A stretch of 64,000 bases of DNA, taken from contig NC_042998.1 in NCBI RefSeq assembly GCF_006345805.1, positions 54,684,001 to 54,748,000 on the forward strand. The letters run 5' to 3'. Shown here piece after piece: positions 23,700 through 35,079 of the stretch (position 1 is its first letter; every line of letters begins with the position of its first letter). The notes beneath the pieces are model-generated. The model did no database searches. It had not been told where the DNA came from and saw only the letters and a list, made by a program, of their open reading frames with translations. Made by a program: the position numbers and the translations under genes. The stretch comes from Octopus sinensis. Its lineage: Eukaryota.

Positions 23700-23955
23700 T
23701 AAATAAATGCGCCCTTTTAAAGCCTAGCCAGGCTCATAGGCCCGGTTTCCCAGTTTTCATTTTGTATGTGTTCCCCAGCTGGACGGGATGCCAGTCCATC
23801 GCAGTGTTACTCATGTTTGCCAGCTGAGTGGACTGGAGCAATGTGAAATGAAGTGTTTTGCTCAAGAACACAACGCGTCGCCAGGTCCAGAAATTGAAAC
23901 CACAATCTTGCGATCATGATGCTGACACCCTAACCACTAAGCCACACGCCTCCAC
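23700..23955 (-). mobile_element. SINE family C, near full length
   Basis: ctggacgggatgccagtccatcgcag...cagctgagtggactggagcaatgtgaaatg...accctaaccactaagccacacgcctcc. Confidence 0.85.
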
Positions 23956-24229
23956 ACACACACACATACACACATATATATATACATAAAGACACACATA
24001 CGAACTTCTTTTAGTTTCCATCTGCCAAATCCACTCATCCACTCACAGGTATTGGTCAACCTGGGGCTATAGCAGAAGACACTTGCCCAAGGTACCACAC
24101 AGTAGAACTGAATCCAAAACGATATGGTAGGGAAACAAGCTTCTTGTCACAGAGAGTTTAGCATTTTTTCTGGCCCTTAAACATTGTAAGAATTTTGTCC
24201 AAAATGCTAACAATTCTGCCAGATCACAG

Positions 24230-24446
24230 CATTTAAACCAGCCATATTTGACCCATATATTCTATTTGTTTTATGTTCAAACAAGACAGATCTGGCCCCT
24301 CACACCAACCCAATAATGTCATTCTAAAAATAAACAAGCAATAACCACTGAAATCTCAAAACTGTGAAATAATGCATAGTTAATTCAAAACAATGTGGAT
24401 AATTAAGGATCACATTTGACATTTGAGTCATCTGAATGGTGAAGGG
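24230..24446. mobile_element. piggyBac-type MITE, left end lost
   Basis: agcatttaaaccagcc...tctgaatggtgaaggg|ttaa. Confidence 0.65.
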
Positions 24447-24596
24447 TTAAAGCAAAGTAACAATAAACCTGAAGAGATTGGTAATGGAAAGAAATGAAAG
24501 GTTTTTTAGAAAGTCACAGTAAAATTTCGTAAACGTGGAAAACAGTGTTTACATGCAGGTAATGTTGGTATGACAAAGTTTCTATAAAAGGTATTC

Positions 24597-25156
24597 CTTT
24601 ATTCCTTTGCTTGTTTCAGTCATTTGACTACAGCCATGCTGGAGCACCACCTTAAAGGATTTTTGAGTCAAAGAAATTGACTCCAGGACTTATTCTTTGT
24701 AAGCCTGGTACTTATTCTATCGGTATCTTTTGCCGAACCATTGAGTTACGGGAACATAAATGTATCAACATTGGTTGTCAAGTGATGGTGGGGGGACAAA
24801 CACAGACACACACATAAATATATATATATATATAACAATAATTAAGGGTTTAGCAACAAGTTACTTGACCACATACCGAAAATTTTAGAAATAGCAGCCA
24901 AAAGACTGCTATTTCTTTTTTCTACAAAACATATTTTGTAGAAAAAAGAAATAGCAGTCTTTTGGCTGCTATTTCTAAAATTTTCAGTATGTGGTTAAGC
25001 AACTTGTTGCAAAACCCTTAATTATTGTTATAATTATATATAAAAAAACTTTTTGTATAAGTTTTTACCGAATATGGTTCTTTTCCATACTGAAAACTAC
25101 TTGGTAAAATTTGTTAATTTATTAAATTAATAATTTTTTTCCTTATGTCTGTAATG

Positions 25157-25191
<35 letters not shown>

Positions 25192-25350
25192 CAAGCTTCT
25201 TTCAGTTTCTACCATATCCACTCACAAGGCTTTGGCCAGCCAGAGACTATAGTAAAAGACATTTGCCCAAGGTGCCACACAGTGAGACTGAATCTGGAAC
25301 CATGTGTTTGGGGAGCAAGCTTCTTACCACACAGCCATGCCTACACCTAT
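24597..25350 (-). mobile_element. SINE family A split by a ~330-bp insertion in its central (TA)n
   Basis: 3' half 24597-24830, 5' half ~25190-25350; (TA)n on both sides of the insert. Confidence 0.8.
24833..25030. repeat. Long palindrome (97-bp arms, 4-nt loop, 4 mismatches)
   Basis: Arm 24833-24929 is the reverse complement of 24934-25030; centre ctacaaaa-cata-ttttgtag. Confidence 0.97.
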
Positions 25351-26009
25351 GTATGTTTTGAACGAAAGACAAGTAATGGTGTGGAGAAAGAACATACTAT
25401 TAATATGTAATGGGAATGAATGCTATCTCACGAATAGTTAATCACATGGATAATTTTTTTGAATGAATATAGTTACATGAACTATATTCAAGGAGTAGTT
25501 AATTGCGACATTGGTAAAAGAATGGTATTCAAAGTATTGCCGATAGCCAAAAAAAAAATAAATGGAAGGGCACCATCATCATCGTCATCATAACCATCGC
25601 CATCATTGTTTTAATGTACACTTTTCTACGCAAGCATTAGTCAGATGAGATTATTTTTTCTGCAGCTGGAATACTCTTCCTGTTGCCAACATTTATTTAT
25701 TTCCAAATGAGGTACTATTTGATCTGGTCTTTCAAACAATGAACAGCTCAATTTTAACAACAGATGACACCATCAATACAACAGTGACATTTATGGAGCA
25801 TAGAGAACAGAAAGATACACGCTCACATTCTCTCACAGAAACAATAGGATTTCTACAGTTTCTGGCAACCATTTCCACTCACAAGGCATTAGTCAACCTG
25901 AAACTTAGAGGAGACAACCCCACATTGCCTTGAAGCAGGAGTGAACCCAAAGTCCCGTAACTGTGAAATCAACTTCTTAACCACAGACAGCCATAAAAAG
26001 GACAAAGCT

Positions 26010-26500
26010 TCTTCCTGGGTCATATAGACTCATAGGATCAGTTTCTCAGATTCTCTGGCATATATTACATACCCCACCACCGCCACTGTGTGAGATGCCA
26101 GCCCATTGCAGAAACTCTCCCTTTTGCTAGCTGAGTGGACTGGAGCAACATGAAATGAAGTGGTTTGCTCAAGAACACAATAATAATAATAATTGTGTAC
26201 AGTGCTCAGGTGCACTACAACTCATCTAAAGTGTATATATAATCAGGTGTAGTTTCGACGGATTTCGGGAAGCATGAGGGCCTTAAAGGATGCAGTGTCA
26301 TGGCAGTCAACAACTGATGCAGGCAGTTTATTCCACGCTTCAGCAACCCTGAGCGTGAAAAAATGTTTCCGAAAGTCATGGGAGCTGTGCTGTTTTCTGA
26401 CTTTGTTTGGTTTCTGACAATGCATTGTTTGGTCTAGGAATTGAAACCACAATCTTACAATCATAGTGCAATACCATTACCACTAAGCCATGCACCTCCA
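26010..26500 (-). mobile_element. SINE family C interrupted by a CR1/L2 3' fragment (~26180-26415)
   Basis: Insert translates KHFFTLRVAEAWNKLPASVVDC and has an (att)n tail; SINE sequence resumes at acaatgcattgtttggtctagg. Confidence 0.8.
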
Positions 26501-26984
26501 CTTACATGGCCATATCTAGAGTAATAGCAATCACCAAATAGATTAACAGATAATAGCAAAAGAATCACGAAATAGTATACCTCATATAATCATACAACAG
26601 ATATATTTGGTGATTAGCATTATATCTAGAGGATTATATCCCAATAAAGCTAATTACTAAGTTGGTAAAAGACTGATATCCAAAATCATATTTATTGCCC
26701 AATAGATAAAAGGTCAATATCTAAAATAATACTAATTCCTGCACAAGTAACAGAGTGGTGCTTCTAGAATGAGCATAGCTAAAGAGAAAAGAAAATTCCA
26801 ATATATCAAAATCGTCTAAAGTGATATGATGGTTTATATCATTACTGTATTTATGACGCTGGCCAGCTCTAAGCAGATTTGGTAAACCAGATCTGTGATG
26901 CAACAAGAAAGCATCATACAGCTTCTTATTGATGAAACTAAAAATTTAACACTTCACATCAAAATAACAAGAAGCTAGTGTCCA

Positions 26985-27280
26985 TTTTCCATACTGGTAT
27001 GGGTTAGACAATTTGACTGGAACCAGGTAAGCCAGACAGCTGCACCAAGCTTCAGTCTGTTTTGGCTTCATTTCTATGGCTTAATACTTTTCTTAATGCC
27101 AGCCACTCCATTGAGTGAACTTAGTGCCTTCTACATGTCACTAGCACTAGTGCTTTTTATGGGACATCGGCACAGGTGCATTTTACACGTCACTGGCACA
27201 GGTGCCCTTTACGCATCACCAGCACAAGTGCCTTTTATGTGTCACCAGCACAGGTGCCTTCTATATGCCATCAGCAGATA
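26985..27280 (-). mobile_element. RTE 3'UTR fragment with internal ~27-bp tandem modules
   Basis: ttttccatactggtatgggttag head and repeated gtcaccagcacaggtgcc units. Confidence 0.6.
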
Positions 27281-27596
27281 GAAGATATTTAAATATTTAA
27301 AATAGCAATCAACATCATCATTTGACATCCACTCTTCCATGCTTGCAGGCAGAGGTCAGACTGAATTTTTTTAGGCAGATTTTCTACAGCTGGGTACCCT
27401 TCCTGTCACCGACCCTCATATGTTTCCAAGCAAGAAAATATTTTCTCATACCTAGACATGTTTTTTTATGGAAGACAAGAAATGAACAACTTAACATGTA
27501 TGATGATGATGCTAACTTACAACTACCATGTGATGTGCAGACAAGGGTTCACACACACACACACACACATTTCTGTTTCCACTTACCAAATCCATC

Positions 27597-27830
27597 GTGG
27601 AGGCACATAGCTTAGTGGAGAGGGTATTGGACTCATGATCATAAGATTGTGGTTTTGATTCCTGAACCGGGCAATACGTGTTCTTGAGCAAAACACTTCA
27701 TTTCCCATTGTTCCAGTCCATTCAGCTGGCGAAAATGAGTAAATTTGCAACAGACCAGCTTCCCATCCAGGTGGAGAATATATACGCCATGGAAACTGGC
27801 CCTTGTGAGTTGGCAAGACTCAAGAAGGCA
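27597..27830 (+). mobile_element. SINE family C
   Basis: ggaggcacatagcttagtgg head; tgttcttgagcaaaacacttcattt core. Confidence 0.8.
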
Positions 27831-28178
27831 ACTTTAAACTTTTACCAAATCCACTGAAAAGGCTTTGGTTAGCCTGAGGCTATAACAGGAGACCCTTGCC
27901 AAAAGTGCCACGTAGTGAGACAGAACACAAAACCACTTGGTTAGGAAGCCAGCTTCTTAACCACACAGCTAAGCCTGTGCAATCATGTTTCAAACATGGA
28001 AAAATTAATAATAATCTCTAAAATTAATGAGAAGTTGAGAAGTATTGACAAAATAAGTACTTCATTTCATGGTTATCAGTAATGGTCAAGATTAGTAAAT
28101 ATGTATAGAAGAAATTTATATACTTATTTATATATTTTAATATCATATTTTGTGAACAATAAACACCATTTTTGTTAG

Positions 28179-28236
28179 ACGTTTCCAGTTGGTTGGTTTC
28201 CGGTTCACTCCATTTCAAATGGCAAGAATCACAAGA
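28179..28236 (+). CDS. Candidate exon (58 nt), possibly carrying an initiator: ATG at 28219, MARITR, phase-0 donor
   Basis: catttttgttag|ACGTTT...ATCACAAGA|gtgagt in unique sequence; all three frames are open, so the start assignment is uncertain. Confidence 0.4.
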
Positions 28237-28689
28237 GTGAGTCTGTAATTCAGTTTAAGAGAAACATTGCAAAAAGCTTTGTTAAAAGAGTACTTTCTTG
28301 TTTATTTAGTTACACCCTTCACCAATATACATTATGAAACACACACACACAACAGGCTTCTGCATAGTTTCTAGTTATCAAATTTTCCTAACAAGATATT
28401 AGTCAACTTGACACTACATTTGAAGACACCCATCAAAAATGGCATGCATTGGAATTGAACCTGGAAACACATGGTTGTGAAGTGAACAACTTAACTACAT
28501 GGCCTAGCTTGCACTGATATATATGCTAGATGAGTCAAAACAACTGTAGTGATCAATAAACATTCTCACATCTTCCATCTCTTTCATTAATCAAATACCC
28601 AATGACTCTGAAAAAGTGAACATGCTTTACCAATAAGCTACCAAGTGAATACCACATGATTTGTCATATATATATATATATATATTCTT

Positions 28690-29077
28690 TAACTCTCTTT
28701 TACTTGTTTCAGTCATTTGACTGTGGTCTTGCTGGAGCACTGCCTTTAGTTGAGCATATCGACCCCAAGACTTATTCTTTGTAAGCCTAGTACTTACTCT
28801 ATCAGTCTCTTTTGCCGAACCGCTAAGTTACGGGGACGTAAACACACCACCATCGGTTGTCGAGCGATGTTGAGGGGACAAACACAGACACACACACATA
28901 TACATACATATACATATATACGATGGGCTTCTTTCAGTTTCTGTCTACCAAATCCACTCACAAGGCTTTGGTCGGCCCGAAGCTATAATAGAAGACACTT
29001 GCCCAAGGTGCCACACAGTGGGAATGAACCCGGAACCATGTGGTTGGTAAGCAAGCTACTTATCACACAGTCACTCC

Positions 29078-29078
<1 letters not shown>
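28690..29078 (-). mobile_element. SINE family A, full length
   Basis: Complete tail, central (CA/TA)n and head; retains many CpGs. Confidence 0.9.
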
Positions 29079-29111
<33 letters not shown>

Positions 29112-29422
29112 GTCAGTATGTATATATGTACACACACACACACTCTAAGGGCTTTATAAAATTGAAGTATACTAAAGGAATTCTTTACACAGCAAGACAA
29201 TGTACATAAGAAAAATAATTAAATTTATACTTTTACTTTCTCGTTATGTAGAAAGCCAGCCTTTTAAATGATAGGGAGTAAGTCAATCACATCAACCCTG
29301 GTGCTTAACTGTTATTTTACCAACCCTGAAAGGATGAAAACCAAGTCAACTTCTGCAGTATTTGAACTCAACATATTTAAAAGAATTTTGGTGTGTGTTC
29401 CCTATTAATAGAATTAATCATT

Positions 29423-29715
29423 ACAGAGCTGTACTTGCTTGGCAAGTGACCTGATCTGAGATTGTGTGCTGGAACGAAAACAATTGCAGCGTGGAAGGTG
29501 TTTATAAGCCATTTAAGAAACACACAAAATCCGTTAGATTCACTTCAACATTTAAATTTAATTTGCCAAAATATTTCTGTGCTGCAGCACAGAATTTTGT
29601 CAGTGAACGGGTCACGGTCTCAAAGCAACAAAAATATTTTGACAAATTAAATTTAAATGTTGAAGTGAATCTAATGGATTTTGTGTGTTTCTTAAATGGC
29701 TTATAAACACCTTCC
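29423..29715. mobile_element. 293-bp foldback insertion with 13-bp TSD
   Basis: agaattaatcatt at 29410-29422 and 29716-29728; inverted arms 29493-29576/29632-29715 (84 bp, 2 mismatches). Confidence 0.9.
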
Positions 29716-30499
29716 AGAATTAATCATTGTTGTTGTATTATTAAGGAGAAAGGCATTCACATAATGTAATTATAAGTTTGTTTTTTTTCTATACACGAAG
29801 CACACATTTTGCCATATCATACAAAGGATACATATATCAAAGACAATGGCTACCCAATGCTATAAACCTGCTTTAACATAGCAGCTTAAGACTACTCTAC
29901 AACTATTGTGCCAAACCTGATAATTATTTCTTTCTAATTTCGGTAGAAAGCCAGCAGTTTTAAGGGGTGGGGAGTAAGTCAATCACATCAACTCTGGCGC
30001 TTATCTGGTATTTATTTTACCAACCATGAAAGGAGAGAAAGCAAGCCAACTTCTGCAGTATTTGAACTCAGAATGTAAAGAAATGTTGCCAGGCATTTTG
30101 TTCGGCATGGTGATGATTCTACCAGCCTGCCTAATGGCTATTAAAACACAGATCATATTAATCAAACCCTCCCTGTAAAATATGTATAACAATGAGTAAA
30201 TGCATGGAAATGCATAAGCCTTTGAATAAATGTCATGCCAAGGATTCAAACCATAACAGTGACAACCAAAAGACACTAAAGAAAATGTAGCATTTAGAAA
30301 AACTAGCATTTAGTCTCTGATGACTAAAGTCTTATACGAAATATACTGGTGTCAGCATCAGAGAAGTTGTGAAAGAGCAAGACCCAGGTATATATAGGAC
30401 GATGTATTGAAGATTGATCTTAAAATGCTGAGCCTTATGAACGAGATGAGAGAGAACCAAGATGTGATGCTTTGCCATACTTGAGAAGACCTGAGAAGA

Positions 30500-30930
30500 T
30501 CTTATATGATAGAAACAGTTTACAGAAGACTACCTCTGCTAACAGATCTACTTGACATACTAGAAATACCAGCTAAATCTCTTTCAGATCACATCCCCCA
30601 ATCTTAAAAAAGGCAATTATGGCCATATGTGCACTGCACCAAAAGAAAGATGGGATGGCCATAGCCAGAATACCTTTTATCATAATGTAGGCAGCCATAA
30701 GCAATGCTAGAAGCAGATGGCCCTAAAACATTGTACAGTAATCAGCAATCTGATATGATCGAAACAGTTTACAGAAGAGTACCTCTGCTAACAGATCTAC
30801 TTGACATACTAGAAACAGGAACCAAATTTCTTTCAAATCACATGCTACCATTAAAGGAACAGAAATTTCTTTGGGTAATGTGGTCCTATGTGTACCGAAC
30901 CAAAGAAAAGATGTGATAGTCACAGTTAGA
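30500..30930. repeat. ~250-bp direct duplication
   Basis: gaaacagtttacagaaga(c/g)tacctctgctaacagatctacttgacatactagaaa occurs at ~30510 and ~30760. Confidence 0.85.
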
Positions 30931-31039
30931 ATACCTTTCATCATAAATCTATAGATTCAAGTCTCAACAACAATATAGAGGATTTCTTTTTATGTATGAA
31001 ATGATATACAATACATATAAGAAGTATAATACTGTATTA

Positions 31040-31900
31040 CAAAGGAAACATCATAATTACAAAGCATCTTCAGTGATAATCAAACTGATCCTTGTTTTTA
31101 TTTAGCCTGTAGTAAGTCCAGATCAAGCAGAGGAGTGGAGGCACATAGCCTAGTGGTTAGAGCAGCGGGCTCGTGGCCGAGGGATCGCGGGTTCGAATCT
31201 CAGACAGAGCGATGTGTGTGTTTATGAGCAAAACACCTAAGCTCCACATGGCTCCAGCAGAAGGTAATGGCAAACTTCTGCTGACTCTTTCGCTACAACT
31301 TTCTCTCACGCTTTCCTCCTGCATCTTGCAGCTCACCTGTGATGGACCAGTGTCCTATCTAGGTGAGGAACCTATATGCTACAGAAACCAGCAAACCAGC
31401 CCTTATGAGCCAGGCATGGCTCGAGAAGGAACAAACAAAAAGAAAAAAAGAAAACAGATCAAGCAGACCTATGATCAAAATTAGTCAAGCTGTAAGCATC
31501 CTATTTTTTTGTAAGGAATTTTGTACTCAAAACTACAATATCCAATGGGTCCTTTTTAAGATAAATATAAAGTGATTAGAATAAGATAAGGTTCTTAATT
31601 CTAACAGGCCAAGTAATGATATAGGGACTTCTAAATATTACAAGTCATAATTACAAAGTATTTTCGGTGATCAACCAAACTGATCCTTAATTTTATTTAG
31701 CCCATAGTAGGCCCAGATCAAGCAGACCTATGATCAGAATCAATCAGGCTGTAGGCATCCTATTTTTTTCGTAAGGAATTGTGTAGCCAAAATTACAATA
31801 TCCAATCTGTCCTTTTTAAGGTAAATATAAAGTGATTAGAATAAGATAAGCCTCTAAATCCTAACAGGCCAAGTAACGACACAAGGACTACTATATATTA
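31040..31900. repeat. ~260-bp tandem duplication; first copy carries the SINE
   Basis: cagatcaagcagacctatgatca...aagtgattagaataagataag...ctaacaggccaagtaa repeated at ~31455-31640 and ~31714-31900. Confidence 0.9.
31132..31454 (+). mobile_element. Young tRNA-derived SINE (family C-related) with intact Pol III boxes and 13-bp TSD
   Basis: A box tagcctagtgg 31146-31156, B box ggttcgaatc 31190-31199, A-rich tail; TSD cagatcaagcaga 31119-31131 and 31455-31467. Confidence 0.9.
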
Positions 31901-32639
31901 CCCAATACATGTGGGTGACTAGAGATGAAACTGTTACACTTGTATGGATATATAGAGTAAATAAATGAGCAATACATGATGCAGGGTTAACAAAAGGCTG
32001 TAAACCAACAGTGGAAGCAAAGATGTTATTAGTTAAGTGTCTATCAGTTTTAGCTAAATCACACCTTGCAGAAATGACTGAAGTAATTTTCAATACACAC
32101 CTGCCAAATCCATGATAGCGTGGATTTACTGATAGCTTTGTTATTGTAAATGGAGGGAGGGAAAGGAAAAGGAGAGAGGGGCAGGGAGAAGGGAGAGGAA
32201 GCGAAGGAGAGGAGGAGGAGGAGGGGAGACTAACAATGATGATGATGTTGATGTTGGCGTATTTGTTCTGACTGCTCTCTGAGTGAGAGTAGATAAATTC
32301 TATTACCTTGGTGACAATAATTAGGGATGGAGATTTGCATTACACTTTTGTCAAATCCATTTGAAATTCAATTTGTCAATGTCACTGACAACAATGCTAA
32401 CACTGATAAGACCAATGCTAATGTCAAGAACAACAACAAACAACAAAGAAAACGATGATGAAGAAAACCAACAAGCAAGGGCCGTGTGGTAAGAAGCTTG
32501 CTTTCCAGCCATGTGGTTTTGAGTTCAGCCAACAGTTGTAAAGTACCTTGAGTAAGTGTCTTCAACTATAGCCCCAAGTTGAGCTAACCAAAGCCTTGTG
32601 ACTGAATTCAGTGGGCAGAAACTGCAAGAAGCCCATTGT

Positions 32640-33225
32640 AAATAAAGTAGTCAGTCCACCTGTGCATACCTTCCTTCTTGTGACACTTGTGAAGACCTGT
32701 TGAGGCAAGTGAAAATCAATCAAAACAAATCAAAATAGATGAACATCAATGGAATTTGTATCTTTGTGGTACCAGTGCCGGTGGCACACAAGAAAACCAT
32801 CCGAATGTGGCAGTAGCCAGTACTGCATTGACTGGCCTCCATGCTGTGGGCACGTAACAAACACCATCCGATCGTGGCCGTTCGCCAGCCTCATCTGGCA
32901 CCTGTGTCGGTGGCACATAAAAAACACCATCCGAGCGTGGCCGTCTGCCAGCCTCGTCTGGCACCTGTGTCGGTGGCACATAAAAAACACCATCCGAGCG
33001 TGGCCGTTCGCCAGCCTCGTCTGGCACCTGTGTCGGTGGCACATAAAATCACCCACTATACTCTCGGAGTGGTTGGCGTTAGGAAGAGCATCCAGCTGTA
33101 GAAACACTGCCAGATCTGACTGGCCTGGTGCAGCCTTCGGGCTCCCCAGACCCCAGTTGAACCGTCCAACCCATGCTAGCATGGAAAACGGACACTAAAT
33201 GAATGATGATGATGATGATGATGTA
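32640..33225 (+). mobile_element. Long RTE 3'UTR fragment with 63-bp tandem x3 (32861-33049)
   Basis: acaccatccg anchors at 32861, 32924, 32987; ends aacccatgctagcatggaaaacgg...(gat)n. Confidence 0.85.
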
Positions 33226-33379
33226 TAAATCTGTGTGTGAGAGAGTGTGTGTGTGCGCATTTGTCACCTCACCACCACCACTTCACCACTAGACAACTGG
33301 TATTGGTTTCTTTATAATCCAGTAACTTAGCCACTCCTAAGCCTATTTAGTAAAATAACTTTGTCATTATTATTAAGTT

Positions 33380-34040
33380 AGCACGCTGGGAGAAATGCTT
33401 TGCGGAATTTCACCCATCACTATGTTCTGAATTCAAGCACTGCTGAGGTTGACTTTGCCTTTCATCCTTTCAGGGTCAATGAATTAAGTACCAGTTAAGT
33501 ACTGGGATTGAAGTAACTGACTAGCTCCCTCCCCCAAAATTTCAAGCCTTGCACCTATAGTAGAAAGGATTATTATTCTTTTCTACTCTAGGCACAAGGC
33601 TCGAAATTTTTGGGGAGGAGGGGCAGTTTATTAGATCGACTTCAGTACGCAACTGGTACTTAATATATTGACCCCAAAAGGATGAAAGGCAAAGTCAACC
33701 TCAGCAGAATTTGAAATCAGAATGTAAAGACAGATGAAATACCACTAAGCATTTTGCCCAGCATGCTAACGATTCTGCCAGTTCGCCACCTTAGGAATGA
33801 TTATTATTAAGCTGGTAAAAGTAGTAAGCTAGCAGAATCATTAGCACACCAGACAAAATGCTTAGTGGTATTTCGCCTGTCACTGTGTTCTGGGTTCAAA
33901 TTCCACAGAGGTCAACTTTGCCTTTCATCCTTTCGGGGTCGATAAATTAAGTACTTGTGAAACACTGGGGTCGATGTAACTGACTAGTTCCCTCCCACAA
34001 AATTTCAGGTCTTGTGCCTTTAGCAGAAAGGATTTTTAAG
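33380..34040. mobile_element. Cluster of three SINE family B copies in +/-/+ orientation
   Basis: gactttgcctttcatcctttc core at ~33450 (+) and ~33915 (+); aaaggatgaaaggcaaagtc at ~33680 (-). Confidence 0.85.
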
Positions 34041-34590
34041 CTGGTGTTTGGAACATAACATGAAATTCTGATGAAATATTTTAATCTAGGTTACTTTAAA
34101 ACAGAAAATTTATATCATAAACCAGGAACGGCATCAGGCAGGTTTACATCAAAAGGGTTAATCAATTAATACCTTGCAAGGCAGTGCCCCAGCTTGGCCA
34201 CAGTCCAGCAACTGAAACAAGTGAAAGAATGAAAGAAGTATGTTTTACAATAACTGAAAGCATACTGATACAAAACCAAAATTAATCATGATGAAGTTTC
34301 TTTGAAGCATCCTAACCAGTTTGGGGTTTAAAAGCTATATATAGTTATATATATATATTATTGTGGTTATTTTTTTCTTATATTATTTATTACAAATGAT
34401 TAATGATCAGACAGAAACTTACAAAATTACAAAAAAAAAAAAAAGAAGAGACTTTTTTTAATCAAAAGTTTGTAGAGTAAGAGGATATTAAAAAGCAGGG
34501 GTGTATTTTCCAGGTGTGCTAGGCATGTACTGCACACCCGCACACCCATTGAAAATGAAACAGAAGACTGGTGTAGGCTTCTGCCTGGCC

Positions 34591-34626
<36 letters not shown>

Positions 34627-34799
34627 TACAAAATTAGAAAATGGAGAAACATACTTAAATCAATCAAACATCAATCAACAGATGATACCCAATCAATACT
34701 TTATTACACCATTACATAACAGTAAAGGCATTATACAAAGCAGTATATTGGATATATGTTATCCCATGGTGGGTTGAATTTTCAACCCCTATCTCATTT

Positions 34800-34840
<41 letters not shown>

Positions 34841-34876
34841 ACATGTATATAGACACAAATATATACATACACACAA

Positions 34877-34931
<55 letters not shown>

Positions 34932-35079
34932 TGTGACTGTGTAGTTGAGAAGTTTACTTTGCAACTATGTGCTTTCAGGTTCAGCCCCACTGCACGGCAC
35001 CTTGGGAAAGAGTCTTCTACTATAGCCCCAACCCGACCAATGCCTTATGAGTGAACTTAGTAGCTGTTTATGCCTTACA

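Noticed and set aside
26529-26618. ~90-bp segment with 11-bp inverted ends (atcaccaaata/tatttggtgat)
   Set aside because: Single occurrence, no TSD, AT-rich; could be chance or an unrecognisable relic.
30316-30345. ctgatga...cgaaa hammerhead-like motif
   Set aside because: No G10.1-C11.1 pair, no convincing stem II and no stem I closure.
31132-31215. tRNA gene
   Set aside because: A and B boxes are present but there is no acceptor stem or cloverleaf; it continues into a SINE body with tail and TSD.
32861-33049. 63-bp direct repeats as a CRISPR-like array
   Set aside because: Units are contiguous with no unique spacers, lie inside an RTE 3'UTR, and the context is eukaryotic.
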